Virus record (IMG/VR): IMGVR_UViG_3300035070_002626
Location: 1 to 64,000 of that record
Reading direction: 5' to 3' (one strand)
DNA length: 64,000 nucleotides
Each line of letters starts with the position of its first letter. Positions within the stretch are counted from its first letter, which is position 1. Below the pieces are notes generated by a model. The model had not been told where the DNA came from and ran no database searches. It saw nothing but the letters and a program-made list of their open reading frames with translations. Position numbers and translations under genes: made by a program. Of this stretch, positions 10,383-19,650 are shown in pieces.

Positions 10383-11428
10383 GCAACTTGTGCTTTGTTA
10401 ACGGCCCAATAACTACTGTTTGTAAGCCAATCATAATAGATTTGAAAGCCTTCATCAATATCAACTTTTGGATCAAATCCAAAGTCTTTTCTTGCTGCAT
10501 CAATGTTTAGTGCACCACGACTTGGGAAGTCGTCGTCTTTTGCATGCATGCTAACTGAGCCTTTACCAGCTAGTTTAACTGCAAGATTTGCAGCCTCTTC
10601 CAGTGTGCAGCTATGACTCTTGGTGAGATTGTATGTGCCAACGTGCTCGCTGAATGTAGCAGCAATCATGCCATCAGCTGCATCATCAACATATGTAAAG
10701 TCCAGTTTCTCTGTAGCACCATTAACTTGAAGTGTTCCACCGGACATTGCACTAATAAGGAATTTGCTGATAACTCTATCACCTACATCTAACGGACCGT
10801 ACACTGCACTAGGACGAACAATCACATAATCTAAGTTGTGTGCACGTTTGTACTGACGCATGATTTGCTCGCCAGCTGCTTTCCAAATTGCATATGCACC
10901 TTGAGGATTTAGTACTGCATCTTCGTTTACATCATCTTCGAAGTCGCCATACACCATGCTAGAACTAGCATACAATACTTTTTTAACACCATGTCGTGCA
11001 CAACATTCCATGATGTTAATCAAGCCCTCGCCCATTGTGTGTGCTGCATCAATTGGGTTGTGCTTTACTGCTTTTTCTCTTGGAAAGCTAGCCAAGTGAA
11101 TAACATAATCTGGATTAAAGCTTGCAAAGACTTCATCAACTTTGCCATCACAAATATCTAATTTATAAATGTGGGTGTCTGGAGAAATCTTTTTAATACG
11201 TTCGTTGTATAGGTACTCTAGTTCTTCTTTGTTGATGCTGTTGTAGGTTGTGAGTACATCGATGATTTGTACTTCATGTCCTACTGATTGCAGCTTTGCG
11301 ACAACATTGTGACCAATAAGCCCCAAGCCGCCTGTTACTAGTACTTTACTTCCTACAGGTAATGTAGCTTCGGTTGCTACTTTTTCTGTTTGTTTTTTCT
11401 TTTGATTTGGGTGCTTCTTTTTAGCCAT
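10379..11428 (-). CDS. NAD-dependent nucleotide-sugar epimerase/dehydratase
   Basis: VTGGLGLIG, SSSMVYG, YAIWK (YxxxK), VYGP, DFTYVDD. Confidence 0.92.
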   Translation of the reverse strand: MAKKKHPNQKKKQTEKVATEATLPVGSKVLVTGGLGLIGHNVVAKLQSVGHEVQIIDVLTTYNSINKEELEYLYNERIKKISPDTHIYKLDICDGKVDEVFASFNPDYVIHLASFPREKAVKHNPIDAAHTMGEGLINIMECCARHGVKKVLYASSSMVYGDFEDDVNEDAVLNPQGAYAIWKAAGEQIMRQYKRAHNLDYVIVRPSAVYGPLDVGDRVISKFLISAMSGGTLQVNGATEKLDFTYVDDAADGMIAATFSEHVGTYNLTKSHSCTLEEAANLAVKLAGKGSVSMHAKDDDFPSRGALNIDAARKDFGFDPKVDIDEGFQIYYDWLTNSSYWAVNKAQVA

Positions 11429-11469
11429 GTTTGTTTACCTTTTATATTCTAGTAATTAGTTGCTTAATT

Positions 11470-12141
11470 CTAGGCTGTGTAGTTTTTAATGTTTGGAAAA
11501 ATATAGTTAATAACTTTTGCACAAGCATGAGCAATTTCCATATGCTCCTTTTGTGTGCCATTGGCACCACGCAAATCAATGTAATGAATCCAACTACGAA
11601 TAGTTCCGTTCATATACAGTCTTGTTTTTGTATTACCCTCGGGCAGCACTGCACGAGCTTGTTCTTTGGCAATGCCGTTTTTGATGGCCCAGTTGTAAGC
11701 TTCGCTGGCTGCATCAATTACTTTTTGCTGTTCAGTTGCCCAGGCATAGTGAATATCTTCTTCGCTGTCGACTTCTACACTGTTCTGCCTGTTCTTTGTA
11801 TCTTGCAAACGTGCTTCACGCAATACAAACATGTCTCCCATTTCTGCAGGATTAGCATAACGTTGACTGAACTCCTGGAATGAAAAACTTCTATGACGCA
11901 CAATTTGATGTGCAATATCACGTGTCGTTTCGATTTCCAAGCAAGCACTAACCATTTCAAATGGTGACCAATGCTGATGTTTAACAAGATAGTTAAGAAG
12001 ACGTTCGCTTGTTTCGTTGTTGATCTGTGCACTGGGATTTGATACCTTAGCGCAAAATGCAATCAAGTCTTGAAGGTCATCCAATCCTTCGGATACCAAG
12101 TCTTCTGTTGCCTTCGAATAGGAAATAAGTTTCACACTCAT
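11470..12141 (-). CDS. thyX: Flavin-dependent thymidylate synthase
   Basis: HWSPFE, RHRSFSFQEFSQRY ThyX motif, EQARAVLP. Confidence 0.96.
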   Translation of the reverse strand: MSVKLISYSKATEDLVSEGLDDLQDLIAFCAKVSNPSAQINNETSERLLNYLVKHQHWSPFEMVSACLEIETTRDIAHQIVRHRSFSFQEFSQRYANPAEMGDMFVLREARLQDTKNRQNSVEVDSEEDIHYAWATEQQKVIDAASEAYNWAIKNGIAKEQARAVLPEGNTKTRLYMNGTIRSWIHYIDLRGANGTQKEHMEIAHACAKVINYIFPNIKNYTA

Positions 12142-12440
12142 AAATTTGCCAAATACTTTCTAGTTAGGGGTTGAATTTGCTCGGCTACGGCAGCTACATC
12201 TATAACAAACATTAAGTTAACAATGTCTTTACCGAAGTCACCAATATTGCGATTAACTACAACTTCGATGTCTTCTATTAGTAAACCTTGTTTTCTTAAT
12301 TTACTAAGATTAATTGTTCGTTGCTTGCCACCACGAAGTTTAAACACTACCTTTTTAACACAATCAATTGGAATCATGTCCTGATCGATACTGTTTATAA
12401 CTTCGTCCCATTTTTCTGTTTCAGTGACGCTTAGATTCAT
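12138..12440 (-). CDS. Hypothetical protein
   Basis: ORF with tight overlaps to its neighbours. Confidence 0.7.
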   Translation of the reverse strand: MNLSVTETEKWDEVINSIDQDMIPIDCVKKVVFKLRGGKQRTINLSKLRKQGLLIEDIEVVVNRNIGDFGKDIVNLMFVIDVAAVAEQIQPLTRKYLANL

Positions 12441-13207
12441 TAAGCAACAGATGCTTTCTTAGACGGACGTCCACGTTTCTTGGGAGCATTGCCGTCAGCA
12501 GTGGTGTTAGTAGTAGTCTTGGTAGTTCTTTTTGCTTTGGCTTTAGGTGCTGGTTCACCTAGCATACTTGCTGCTTCTGCTTGCATGCGCTGTGATTCGG
12601 CAATCAAACTAGCTGCCTCAACTGCCATGCGGTCTGCTTGGGCTTTGAGGTTGTTTGCAATACTTGCATCATCAAGTGCACCTTGTGTTGGTGCAACCAT
12701 TGGAGAAGGGCGTGTACCCGGGTTAGATGTTTCATTCAACGAACCTTTGGCAATATCCTGCGGTGCACCAACTTCGCGACCGTAGTCATCTCTGCGACTT
12801 GCTTTACCAGTATAACCTGTGTTTGCATCAAGTTCGGCCATACGGCGCACTGCATCTTCGCCGGTTTTCATTTCATTGATAATCTTGTTCATTTCGTCTA
12901 AACGAACATGGCTCTGCGGAGTAGGCGTAACAATAACTTGTGCAGTTTGTACTTTCTTAATCATGCCTTCTTGGTGTAATCGCTGCAAGATAACTGTACC
13001 ATCACCGAACATTTTACTACCAAGCGCATCGCCTAGACTGTCAGCTTGTTGTGCTTCATTGCTTTCAATTGCTGCCATTAGTGTGTTATGCATGTTTTGC
13101 TGCAATGTGTCTGGGTATACCACTAGGCACATGTGCTCATCACCGGGCACTTCTCTAAAGATAATTGCTACTTTGCGATCACCTTGTTTACCAACATGTT
13201 TAATCAT
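12440..13207 (-). CDS. Hypothetical phage protein with basic tail (KKRGRP, AT-hook-like)
   Basis: ORF; GGAG RBS before MIKHVG; C-terminus PKKRGRPSKK. Confidence 0.7.
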   Translation of the reverse strand: MIKHVGKQGDRKVAIIFREVPGDEHMCLVVYPDTLQQNMHNTLMAAIESNEAQQADSLGDALGSKMFGDGTVILQRLHQEGMIKKVQTAQVIVTPTPQSHVRLDEMNKIINEMKTGEDAVRRMAELDANTGYTGKASRRDDYGREVGAPQDIAKGSLNETSNPGTRPSPMVAPTQGALDDASIANNLKAQADRMAVEAASLIAESQRMQAEAASMLGEPAPKAKAKRTTKTTTNTTADGNAPKKRGRPSKKASVA

Positions 13208-13430
13208 TTGTTTCTCCTTGCTCTGCAACATCTTCGTCGTCAGGCTTTGTTGTTTCAGTAACTGATGCTAACCAGCTTGATATTTTATCGTATGTTAATC
13301 CCACGACTTGCAATTCGTCTGCACGAAATGCACCTCTAGTGCTTGCTGTTTCAATTATTTGCTTACAGTATGCAATATCCTGTACTGATAAAGCAATTTC
13401 TTCTGCGGGTGTATCGTTTTCGTTTTCCAT
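13200..13430 (-). CDS. Hypothetical protein
   Basis: ORF preceded by the ATAAGTA motif. Confidence 0.65.
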   Translation of the reverse strand: MENENDTPAEEIALSVQDIAYCKQIIETASTRGAFRADELQVVGLTYDKISSWLASVTETTKPDDEDVAEQGETND

Positions 13431-13509
13431 ACTAATACTTATCGTTGTTATCGTTAACTGCGCAGTTTATCTGCTGTTATAAAGTGTTTTGACCATGATT
13501 TCGGTAAAA

Positions 13510-13686
13510 TTACCTGTCCATGTAGTAAGGTGTTTCAAATGGTTCGCCCCACTCGTACTTGTTATCAATTACCCATGAACGCTCTGCACCCAACGACACC
13601 TCCCAATCCCAATCTACCAAGATTTCGTTGCCGTTTTGCTCGGGCTGTTGATATTCGTATTCACATCCCGGAGTATCAGCCTTCAT
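13510..13686 (-). CDS. Small acidic hypothetical protein (MKADTPGC...)
   Basis: ATG overlaps the end of the VWA gene; the longer listed ORF is a shadow extension. Confidence 0.5.
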   Translation of the reverse strand: MKADTPGCEYEYQQPEQNGNEILVDWDWEVSLGAERSWVIDNKYEWGEPFETPYYMDR

Positions 13687-14923
13687 TGTATAGTGCCCAT
13701 GTTCCAAAGGGCGGGTCGGGATTAGGATCACCGTGAATAATCCAAACTGTGTCACAGTAATTAGAATCTCCCCAACTGTTCCATGGGTACCCATCTGTGA
13801 ACACCAACAAGCGTTTGGGTTCAATTTCTTCTTGTTTAAGATAGTTGAATATAGCATCAAAGTCAGTGCCGCCGCCGCCCATTAATTCATAGTCACCGAT
13901 GTCGTCTAAGTTGTCCGCAGTAAAGTCTTGTGGGTTGTAAACATTTGTGTCAAAGCAAAACAAGTGAATGTTGAAGTTACTAAACTCCTCCATAATACCT
14001 TTTACTTCGCTTAGAAAATCCATGCCCTGCTCTGCACTAATAGATCCACTCATGTCCATTGCAATTGCAACATCGATGCGCTCGTCGTAATCCATGCCCG
14101 GTAGAATAGCATCACAATCCCAACCTTTACGATTCAGTCGTGTAAATGTATAATCGCTTTTAATTGTGCTTTGCAATTGCATGCGCAACAATTCACGCCA
14201 GTCCATCTTGGGTTCTGTTAAATGCTGAACAAGTCGTTTCACACCACCTGGTATGTTTCCTGCATCTGATGTTTGTGCAGCACTCAGCATTGCTTCTTTG
14301 ATTTCTTGTTTAATCTGTTCACGTTCTTCCTTGCTGTACTGTGCTGGGCCTTTTTCATCACCGTCGCCTTCACCTTCACCGTCAAGATGTTGATCCAGCA
14401 TTTTATCTAACAAGTCTTGTAGATCAATTTTTTCTGCATTTTCGTACAAGTCATCGTATACTTCCTCTGCACTCCAGTCAGTGTACTTGGTGTCGTACAA
14501 ACACGGAACAGTGGTGATAAACTCGCCCACTCTGTGTTTTTTAAGATCAGCATTTACGCAATAATCAGCAGCAATGTTGAACAATTGCGGGTCACGCTCC
14601 CCCCGACGACCAAAATGGTCGTACACACAGTGCAATACTTCATGTCCAAACAAGAATTCAACTTCTTTGGGCTTGAGCATTTTGATAAATTTAGTGTTGT
14701 AATAAAAGTTTCTGCCGTCTGTTGCAGCGGTTGAACACCATTCGTCTGCGTTGACCAATTTTAAACGTGTAGCAAGGTTACCAAAAAAGCTGGCACGAAG
14801 CAACATGCCCACCCGGGCAGTTACTAGCAATTCACGCACTTCTCGATCTAGTTTGGGATCCATTGGGCCTAAGATGTCTTTGAACTGGTCAGATACATCT
14901 TTGTTTACTGTGGTAGTGCTCAT
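13676..14923 (-). CDS. DUF2201-type metallopeptidase + VWA domain protein (MoxR partner)
   Basis: TAATDG, HEVLH (HExxH), DMSGS MIDAS, GGGGTDF, FTDG. Confidence 0.88.
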   Translation of the reverse strand: MSTTTVNKDVSDQFKDILGPMDPKLDREVRELLVTARVGMLLRASFFGNLATRLKLVNADEWCSTAATDGRNFYYNTKFIKMLKPKEVEFLFGHEVLHCVYDHFGRRGERDPQLFNIAADYCVNADLKKHRVGEFITTVPCLYDTKYTDWSAEEVYDDLYENAEKIDLQDLLDKMLDQHLDGEGEGDGDEKGPAQYSKEEREQIKQEIKEAMLSAAQTSDAGNIPGGVKRLVQHLTEPKMDWRELLRMQLQSTIKSDYTFTRLNRKGWDCDAILPGMDYDERIDVAIAMDMSGSISAEQGMDFLSEVKGIMEEFSNFNIHLFCFDTNVYNPQDFTADNLDDIGDYELMGGGGTDFDAIFNYLKQEEIEPKRLLVFTDGYPWNSWGDSNYCDTVWIIHGDPNPDPPFGTWALYNEG

Positions 14924-14971
14924 GGCTTTCTCCTAAATGTTATATACATTGTAACACATGTGCATGCAAAG

Positions 14972-16075
14972 TCAACCTAATTCTTTCTCAGCTAATTCAA
15001 AATGTTGAGTTAAAAACAAGTCCATTGTGTATATTTGTCGCCCTTTGTATTCAAATACTGTGTTTTGATTGTGCTCTAGTATATCCGCGCATTCACTATA
15101 AAATGATTGTGTGCCATTTTTTATAATGTCCTGTAATTGTGCCAGCATTAATCTAACACGATCTTCGATACGTGGCTCGTTATCATAACTTTCGTCGATG
15201 ATACCGCTGAATGTCCGAAAGCCAAGTTGTTTCATATATTCTAATTGGTAACGAGTGGTTACTAATAAAAATGGAGTTTTTGTGATCAATGGTTTTATTG
15301 TTTTTTCAGTGATAAAATATCCACTATGATACAATGTCTCTGGAACAATTTCTAACCATGAGTCTGAATACAAATCCATTGACGGGTGAAAATCTGATGT
15401 TCCGGGGATAGTAGGTGGCAATTGATGCCCGGCCCAACTTGGTGTGTTGTATACTTGAGACTTGGTTGTATAGCTTGCATGCCCACAATCAAGTAATCCC
15501 GGAATATCATTAAGTTGTTTCCATAATACATTACGATGAGGACGTCTTCTTTTTTTGCTAGTAGTTAACAAGTAATCTTTTGAGCAATTGTGTTTATCTA
15601 CTGTAGACTTGTATATTCTTGCTGCAAATCCCAAACCTAATCCTAGGAAAAAATTAGTTGGCAATGTATGAATGTGTATGTTATTAAGATTATTTGCTGG
15701 ATGATTGTTAGTTAAACTTCCGTCAGGGAATAGAGTAACTGAGCCGGGTAATACATGCAAATCGAGATTAGATATCAATGAAAAATAAAGAATCATGTTA
15801 GGCAAATTATCTATGTCAGACCACACCCAAATTTTGTTGCCATTGTTACAAAATTTAATAAGTTGCGCCCTCAATGATTCCCATGTACATAGTTCATAAA
15901 AAATAGTATTACTAACAATTAGCAATGTAGAATCGTCTTGTGTTATACTTGGTTGCAAATTATATGTATTAGTATCACTGTCCCACAAATCATCTAGTGT
16001 GTAATCAATTTGATTAAAATCTAGGTAGCTGGTTAAGATATTCATTCCTTCGGCCCGAGAAACAACAATTTTCAT
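14972..16075 (-). CDS. Putative glycosyltransferase-like protein (TEK family paralog), AT-rich
   Basis: VPET...FITEKTIKPL..KTPF...GFRTF...ESYD. Confidence 0.5.
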   Translation of the reverse strand: MKIVVSRAEGMNILTSYLDFNQIDYTLDDLWDSDTNTYNLQPSITQDDSTLLIVSNTIFYELCTWESLRAQLIKFCNNGNKIWVWSDIDNLPNMILYFSLISNLDLHVLPGSVTLFPDGSLTNNHPANNLNNIHIHTLPTNFFLGLGLGFAARIYKSTVDKHNCSKDYLLTTSKKRRRPHRNVLWKQLNDIPGLLDCGHASYTTKSQVYNTPSWAGHQLPPTIPGTSDFHPSMDLYSDSWLEIVPETLYHSGYFITEKTIKPLITKTPFLLVTTRYQLEYMKQLGFRTFSGIIDESYDNEPRIEDRVRLMLAQLQDIIKNGTQSFYSECADILEHNQNTVFEYKGRQIYTMDLFLTQHFELAEKELG

Positions 16076-16308
16076 TTTTTTTCCTGTCTTAATTGTAATA
16101 TCCAGGCACCAGAATTAAATTTTACTTGTTCGTAGCTTCTGACATATCTATTAGACGATGCCCAATTCGGAAATTCTTTCATCATAGCACCTTGGCCAGT
16201 TATTACTCGTATTTGTTTTTTTCTTGCATGATAACTGTCCTGGACAAATACATTAAACTTCTTCCATGCATCATGTAGTACATAGCCGTGCAAGTCAATG
16301 GTCCTCAT
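16072..16308 (-). CDS. Stand-alone Smr-domain endonuclease
   Basis: IDLHG, VITGQG, NSGA Smr motifs. Confidence 0.82.
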   Translation of the reverse strand: MRTIDLHGYVLHDAWKKFNVFVQDSYHARKKQIRVITGQGAMMKEFPNWASSNRYVRSYEQVKFNSGAWILQLRQEKK

Positions 16309-16309
16309 A

Positions 16310-16654
16310 TTATACTCTTGAGTTAATTGGCCATTTGAGTTTAAAGAATGCAAGTTCTTTGTCACTCTTAATGTATATGCGCCGTTCGTTGTAACTGTTG
16401 GCCCAACTCCAGCTGTAGTTTACCATGCTCGGTGTATCTTCGGCAGTTAAGTTCCAAAGTAACTGTTGTTTGTGTGATTCTAATATGTACTGCCAGTCAC
16501 GTATTTCGGCGGTGTAACCGTAGACATCCATCATCCATTTTGTTGCAATATGGAATTGCAACGGACCTTCATGTTCCTTTTTAAATTCCAAGAAATATTT
16601 GAAATACTTCTTATGACTGTATCTACCGTCTAATTTTTTGGTAATATATTGCAT
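16310..16654 (-). CDS. Hypothetical protein
   Basis: ORF; ends in the F.LK(W/Y) pattern shared with 17621..17923. Confidence 0.65.
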   Translation of the reverse strand: MQYITKKLDGRYSHKKYFKYFLEFKKEHEGPLQFHIATKWMMDVYGYTAEIRDWQYILESHKQQLLWNLTAEDTPSMVNYSWSWANSYNERRIYIKSDKELAFFKLKWPINSRV

Positions 16655-17619
16655 TAGACTCCAAACCGCTTTACAACTGCGTTTTCCCAGACAAATTTGT
16701 CTTCAAATTGCAAGGTTTTTAGTTGGTTCTCCCAATGTGCAGCAAAGCTTCTTGCTTTATTGCTCACTGGAAATTTCACACAATCGAGGTATTCTAAATG
16801 CTCTATTGGAGTAGGATGATGATCGATCCGTCCACTTTTAATAAAATGCCGCCAGGTTAAAAAATCAAATTCTTCATCAATTTCTTTCATTACACTGGCA
16901 TCTACATTGTCGTCTTTTTCGTCAACAAAATCATTAAAAGCGGGCCAGCTGCTACCTGCTACTGCATTATATTGTTCAGCAAATCTTTCCAATTCTTCTG
17001 TTTCTTGTATTTTAGAATTACCTATAGCATGGTAATCCCGACTGTGCCAGTCGCCGTTGAAGATTGTTTCCCACACACTAGGTTTTACTTGCTGTATTAC
17101 ATGCGCATATAGTTCTAATATTTGTTTGGATATAACAGGAGATTGTTTTGTAAATATAGCAGGCACTATCTTTTCAACTGTTGACATCCATTTGTTTGAT
17201 TTAAAATCAAGATCAATTGGCATCATTGAAAAGAAATGTTGTTTGCACCCAATTTGAGTTAATAAATCATAACTACTTTGCATATAGGTAACAGTATCCA
17301 GTAGATACCCAGTTAAGTCCGTGAAGTTATCAACAAACTCTGCAGGATATGTACTATTGTATATACTACCTTGTGTAAACCATTTGCCGTTGAGGAATCT
17401 GTCTTCTCTTGCTTGACTACTCCACATTATAATAACAGTATCATCAGCAGTAATATTATTACGTTGGTTGCATTCAATTAAACTAGAATGGATATGTTTG
17501 TTTCCTGCTCCGTTTTCTCCCCAATTTTCGTAGTAATCATAGTCTTGGCCGACGATGTCAGCCCATGTAGGCCAAGCATAATTTGTAAAACTGCATCCAA
17601 ATGTAAAAAGACGTTTCAT
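16654..17619 (-). CDS. SGNH/GDSL-like hypothetical protein
   Basis: FGCSFT block I, GAGN, IMWS...R, C-terminal DHHP..H. Confidence 0.5.
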   Translation of the reverse strand: MKRLFTFGCSFTNYAWPTWADIVGQDYDYYENWGENGAGNKHIHSSLIECNQRNNITADDTVIIMWSSQAREDRFLNGKWFTQGSIYNSTYPAEFVDNFTDLTGYLLDTVTYMQSSYDLLTQIGCKQHFFSMMPIDLDFKSNKWMSTVEKIVPAIFTKQSPVISKQILELYAHVIQQVKPSVWETIFNGDWHSRDYHAIGNSKIQETEELERFAEQYNAVAGSSWPAFNDFVDEKDDNVDASVMKEIDEEFDFLTWRHFIKSGRIDHHPTPIEHLEYLDCVKFPVSNKARSFAAHWENQLKTLQFEDKFVWENAVVKRFGV

Positions 17620-17620
17620 G

Positions 17621-17923
17621 CTAGTATTTAAGTGAAAACATCACTGCATCTGATTCTTTTCGAAAATGAAATATTACATTAAGTGATTCAGGTTCGTCGC
17701 CTACGACATGATCAGGCCGCTGTATTAAGTCGAGTTCGTTGCTCCATTGCCAACGCTCACTGGGCCTGCCAAATGTACGGTGTACATCTTTTAACAAGTT
17801 CATCCAAGTTTCGTGATTATACGGGCTGATACAGTAACGCACCCGGTAATATCCTTCCAGGTGCCTGTCTAGTAATAAGTCTGTTTTGTCCAGTATTTCT
17901 TGTATATGGGTGAGACCCTGCAT
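17621..17923 (-). CDS. Hypothetical protein
   Basis: ORF in operon. Confidence 0.6.
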   Translation of the reverse strand: MQGLTHIQEILDKTDLLLDRHLEGYYRVRYCISPYNHETWMNLLKDVHRTFGRPSERWQWSNELDLIQRPDHVVGDEPESLNVIFHFRKESDAVMFSLKY

Positions 17924-17981
17924 AGCCCTATGCTTTCTTGATTACAGTTAGAAGATGGATCTCACCCATAACTTGTTCTAC

Positions 17982-19073
17982 CTAGCGCTCTTGGCTAGCT
18001 AGAATGTATTTGCCATACCGCTGATGGAACTCGTCGAAGTTCTTTAGCTTGGTTGGCTGGAACGGCAGATTGTATGTAGTAAGTGCAATTCGAGCACCCA
18101 TAACGACCAATTCAGTTTCAAAATTGTCCATGGCGTAGCGGAAGAAGTTGTCGCTCATCTTGTGAAACTCTGCATCTTTAACTTCGCCTAATGCTTGCTT
18201 GAGTTCGTAGCACATGGAGATAACCAGGCTATACATAGCCGATACTTCTTTAACTTCGAGTGTTTTAACTTTGCCACTCAACACATCTTCTGGATTGGGG
18301 AGCTTGCCTGCGATGCGTCGATGCGCCATAAACTTAACAGCGAGACCTTCACCAATGGAACCAGCAATCAAATCGGTCATTGTTACATCATCTACATCTT
18401 CGCTTAACAGCTCACTAACAAAGCTCCAGCTGCGGGGCGTAGCAAAACTACGGCTCACACTTTTAGCATCAAAGTCATACAAGTCTTGTTTAGCAAAGCT
18501 CAAATAACCAACTACATCTTCGTGGATGTCATTGTTAACAGCCCAATCCATCCAAGCTTCAAAGTCTGCCCGCATTTCGATGTGGATAAAGCGGTTAGCA
18601 AGCGGAGTAGGCATACGATACGTAACACCTTTGTCGCTTTCTCTATTGCCTGCTGCAATAATAACAACATTGTCGGGTAATTTATACTTGCCAATGCGCC
18701 GATTGAGAATCAACTGGTATGCTGCGGCTTGTACGCTAGGCGCTGCTGAGTTCATTTCGTCTAAGAACAATCCAACAACAGGATATTGTGCAGCAACTTC
18801 TTCGGTGGGAAGATCAATCGGTGGAGCCCAATCCATCAATCCCAAATCTTTGTTGAAAAATGGCATACCACGCAAATCAGTTGGGTCCATTTGTCCCAAA
18901 CGTAGATCGTACACAACACCATCCATATTTTCAACAATGTTGGTAACCACGTCCGATTTACCGATGCCTGGAGGTCCCCAAAGGAACACTGGGCGTTTTA
19001 CTTTAAATGCAACTTTGATTGCGCTAGCAGCGCCTTTAGCAGTTACGGTGCGATATTCAATTGCGTTTGACAT
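17982..19073 (-). CDS. MoxR-like AAA+ ATPase
   Basis: GPPGIGKS Walker A, LFLDE Walker B, AAGN, LANRF, TPRSW. Confidence 0.9.
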   Translation of the reverse strand: MSNAIEYRTVTAKGAASAIKVAFKVKRPVFLWGPPGIGKSDVVTNIVENMDGVVYDLRLGQMDPTDLRGMPFFNKDLGLMDWAPPIDLPTEEVAAQYPVVGLFLDEMNSAAPSVQAAAYQLILNRRIGKYKLPDNVVIIAAGNRESDKGVTYRMPTPLANRFIHIEMRADFEAWMDWAVNNDIHEDVVGYLSFAKQDLYDFDAKSVSRSFATPRSWSFVSELLSEDVDDVTMTDLIAGSIGEGLAVKFMAHRRIAGKLPNPEDVLSGKVKTLEVKEVSAMYSLVISMCYELKQALGEVKDAEFHKMSDNFFRYAMDNFETELVVMGARIALTTYNLPFQPTKLKNFDEFHQRYGKYILASQER

Positions 19074-19145
19074 GGGCTATTGTCCTTTGTTGTTTTCTAA
19101 CTGTATTACTATATTACTACAAATGATATACACTGTCAACCTTTT

Positions 19146-19571
19146 TTATGCTGCCTCTAAAACTGTAGCTGTGCAAACATATGGCTTGTTCCACTTGCCT
19201 ACATTGATGTCGGTGTAGTGGCTACGGCTAAAGTAGTCTGACTGAGAATCATCGTTGTTAAAATATTTGGGACCTTTCATAGCATCTACTAGCTCTACTA
19301 GAAAGTCACTTGCAGCACCGTATGTTTCTGGGTAGCAATCGTTTACTTGAAGGTAACCAGTGCACTCGTAATATGAGCGACCTGTGCGCTCAGCAAATTC
19401 CATGTTCTTTTTATTGGCTTCGCTGATAAAATCAATTGGGCCACTTTTAATATTAACGCAAATTGTGGAATGGTTGTAAACACTAATACTGGCTTTTACG
19501 TTGTATTTTTTCAATACCGCTTTAATAGCTGGAGCAAGTTCTTTTTTCATTTCTTGTGAAACATATGCCAT
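19146..19571 (-). CDS. Hypothetical early phage protein (MAYVSQE...)
   Basis: AGGAG RBS and an upstream sigma70 promoter. Confidence 0.7.
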   Translation of the reverse strand: MAYVSQEMKKELAPAIKAVLKKYNVKASISVYNHSTICVNIKSGPIDFISEANKKNMEFAERTGRSYYECTGYLQVNDCYPETYGAASDFLVELVDAMKGPKYFNNDDSQSDYFSRSHYTDINVGKWNKPYVCTATVLEAA

Positions 19572-19606
19572 CTTGTAGTCTCCTGTTTGCCTAACTGTTA
19601 CATACA

Positions 19607-19635
19607 GTATAGCCGAAACTAAAGAAAAGGTCAAC
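19607..19635 (-). promoter_or_regulatory. sigma70-type promoter
   Basis: TTGACC-N17-TATACT (approximate coordinates). Confidence 0.65.
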
Positions 19636-19650
19636 CTCTAAATGCCATTT

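Noticed and set aside
18526-19218. 230-aa plus-strand ORF and similar antisense ORFs
   Set aside because: They lie antisense to well-supported genes and have no motifs or RBS
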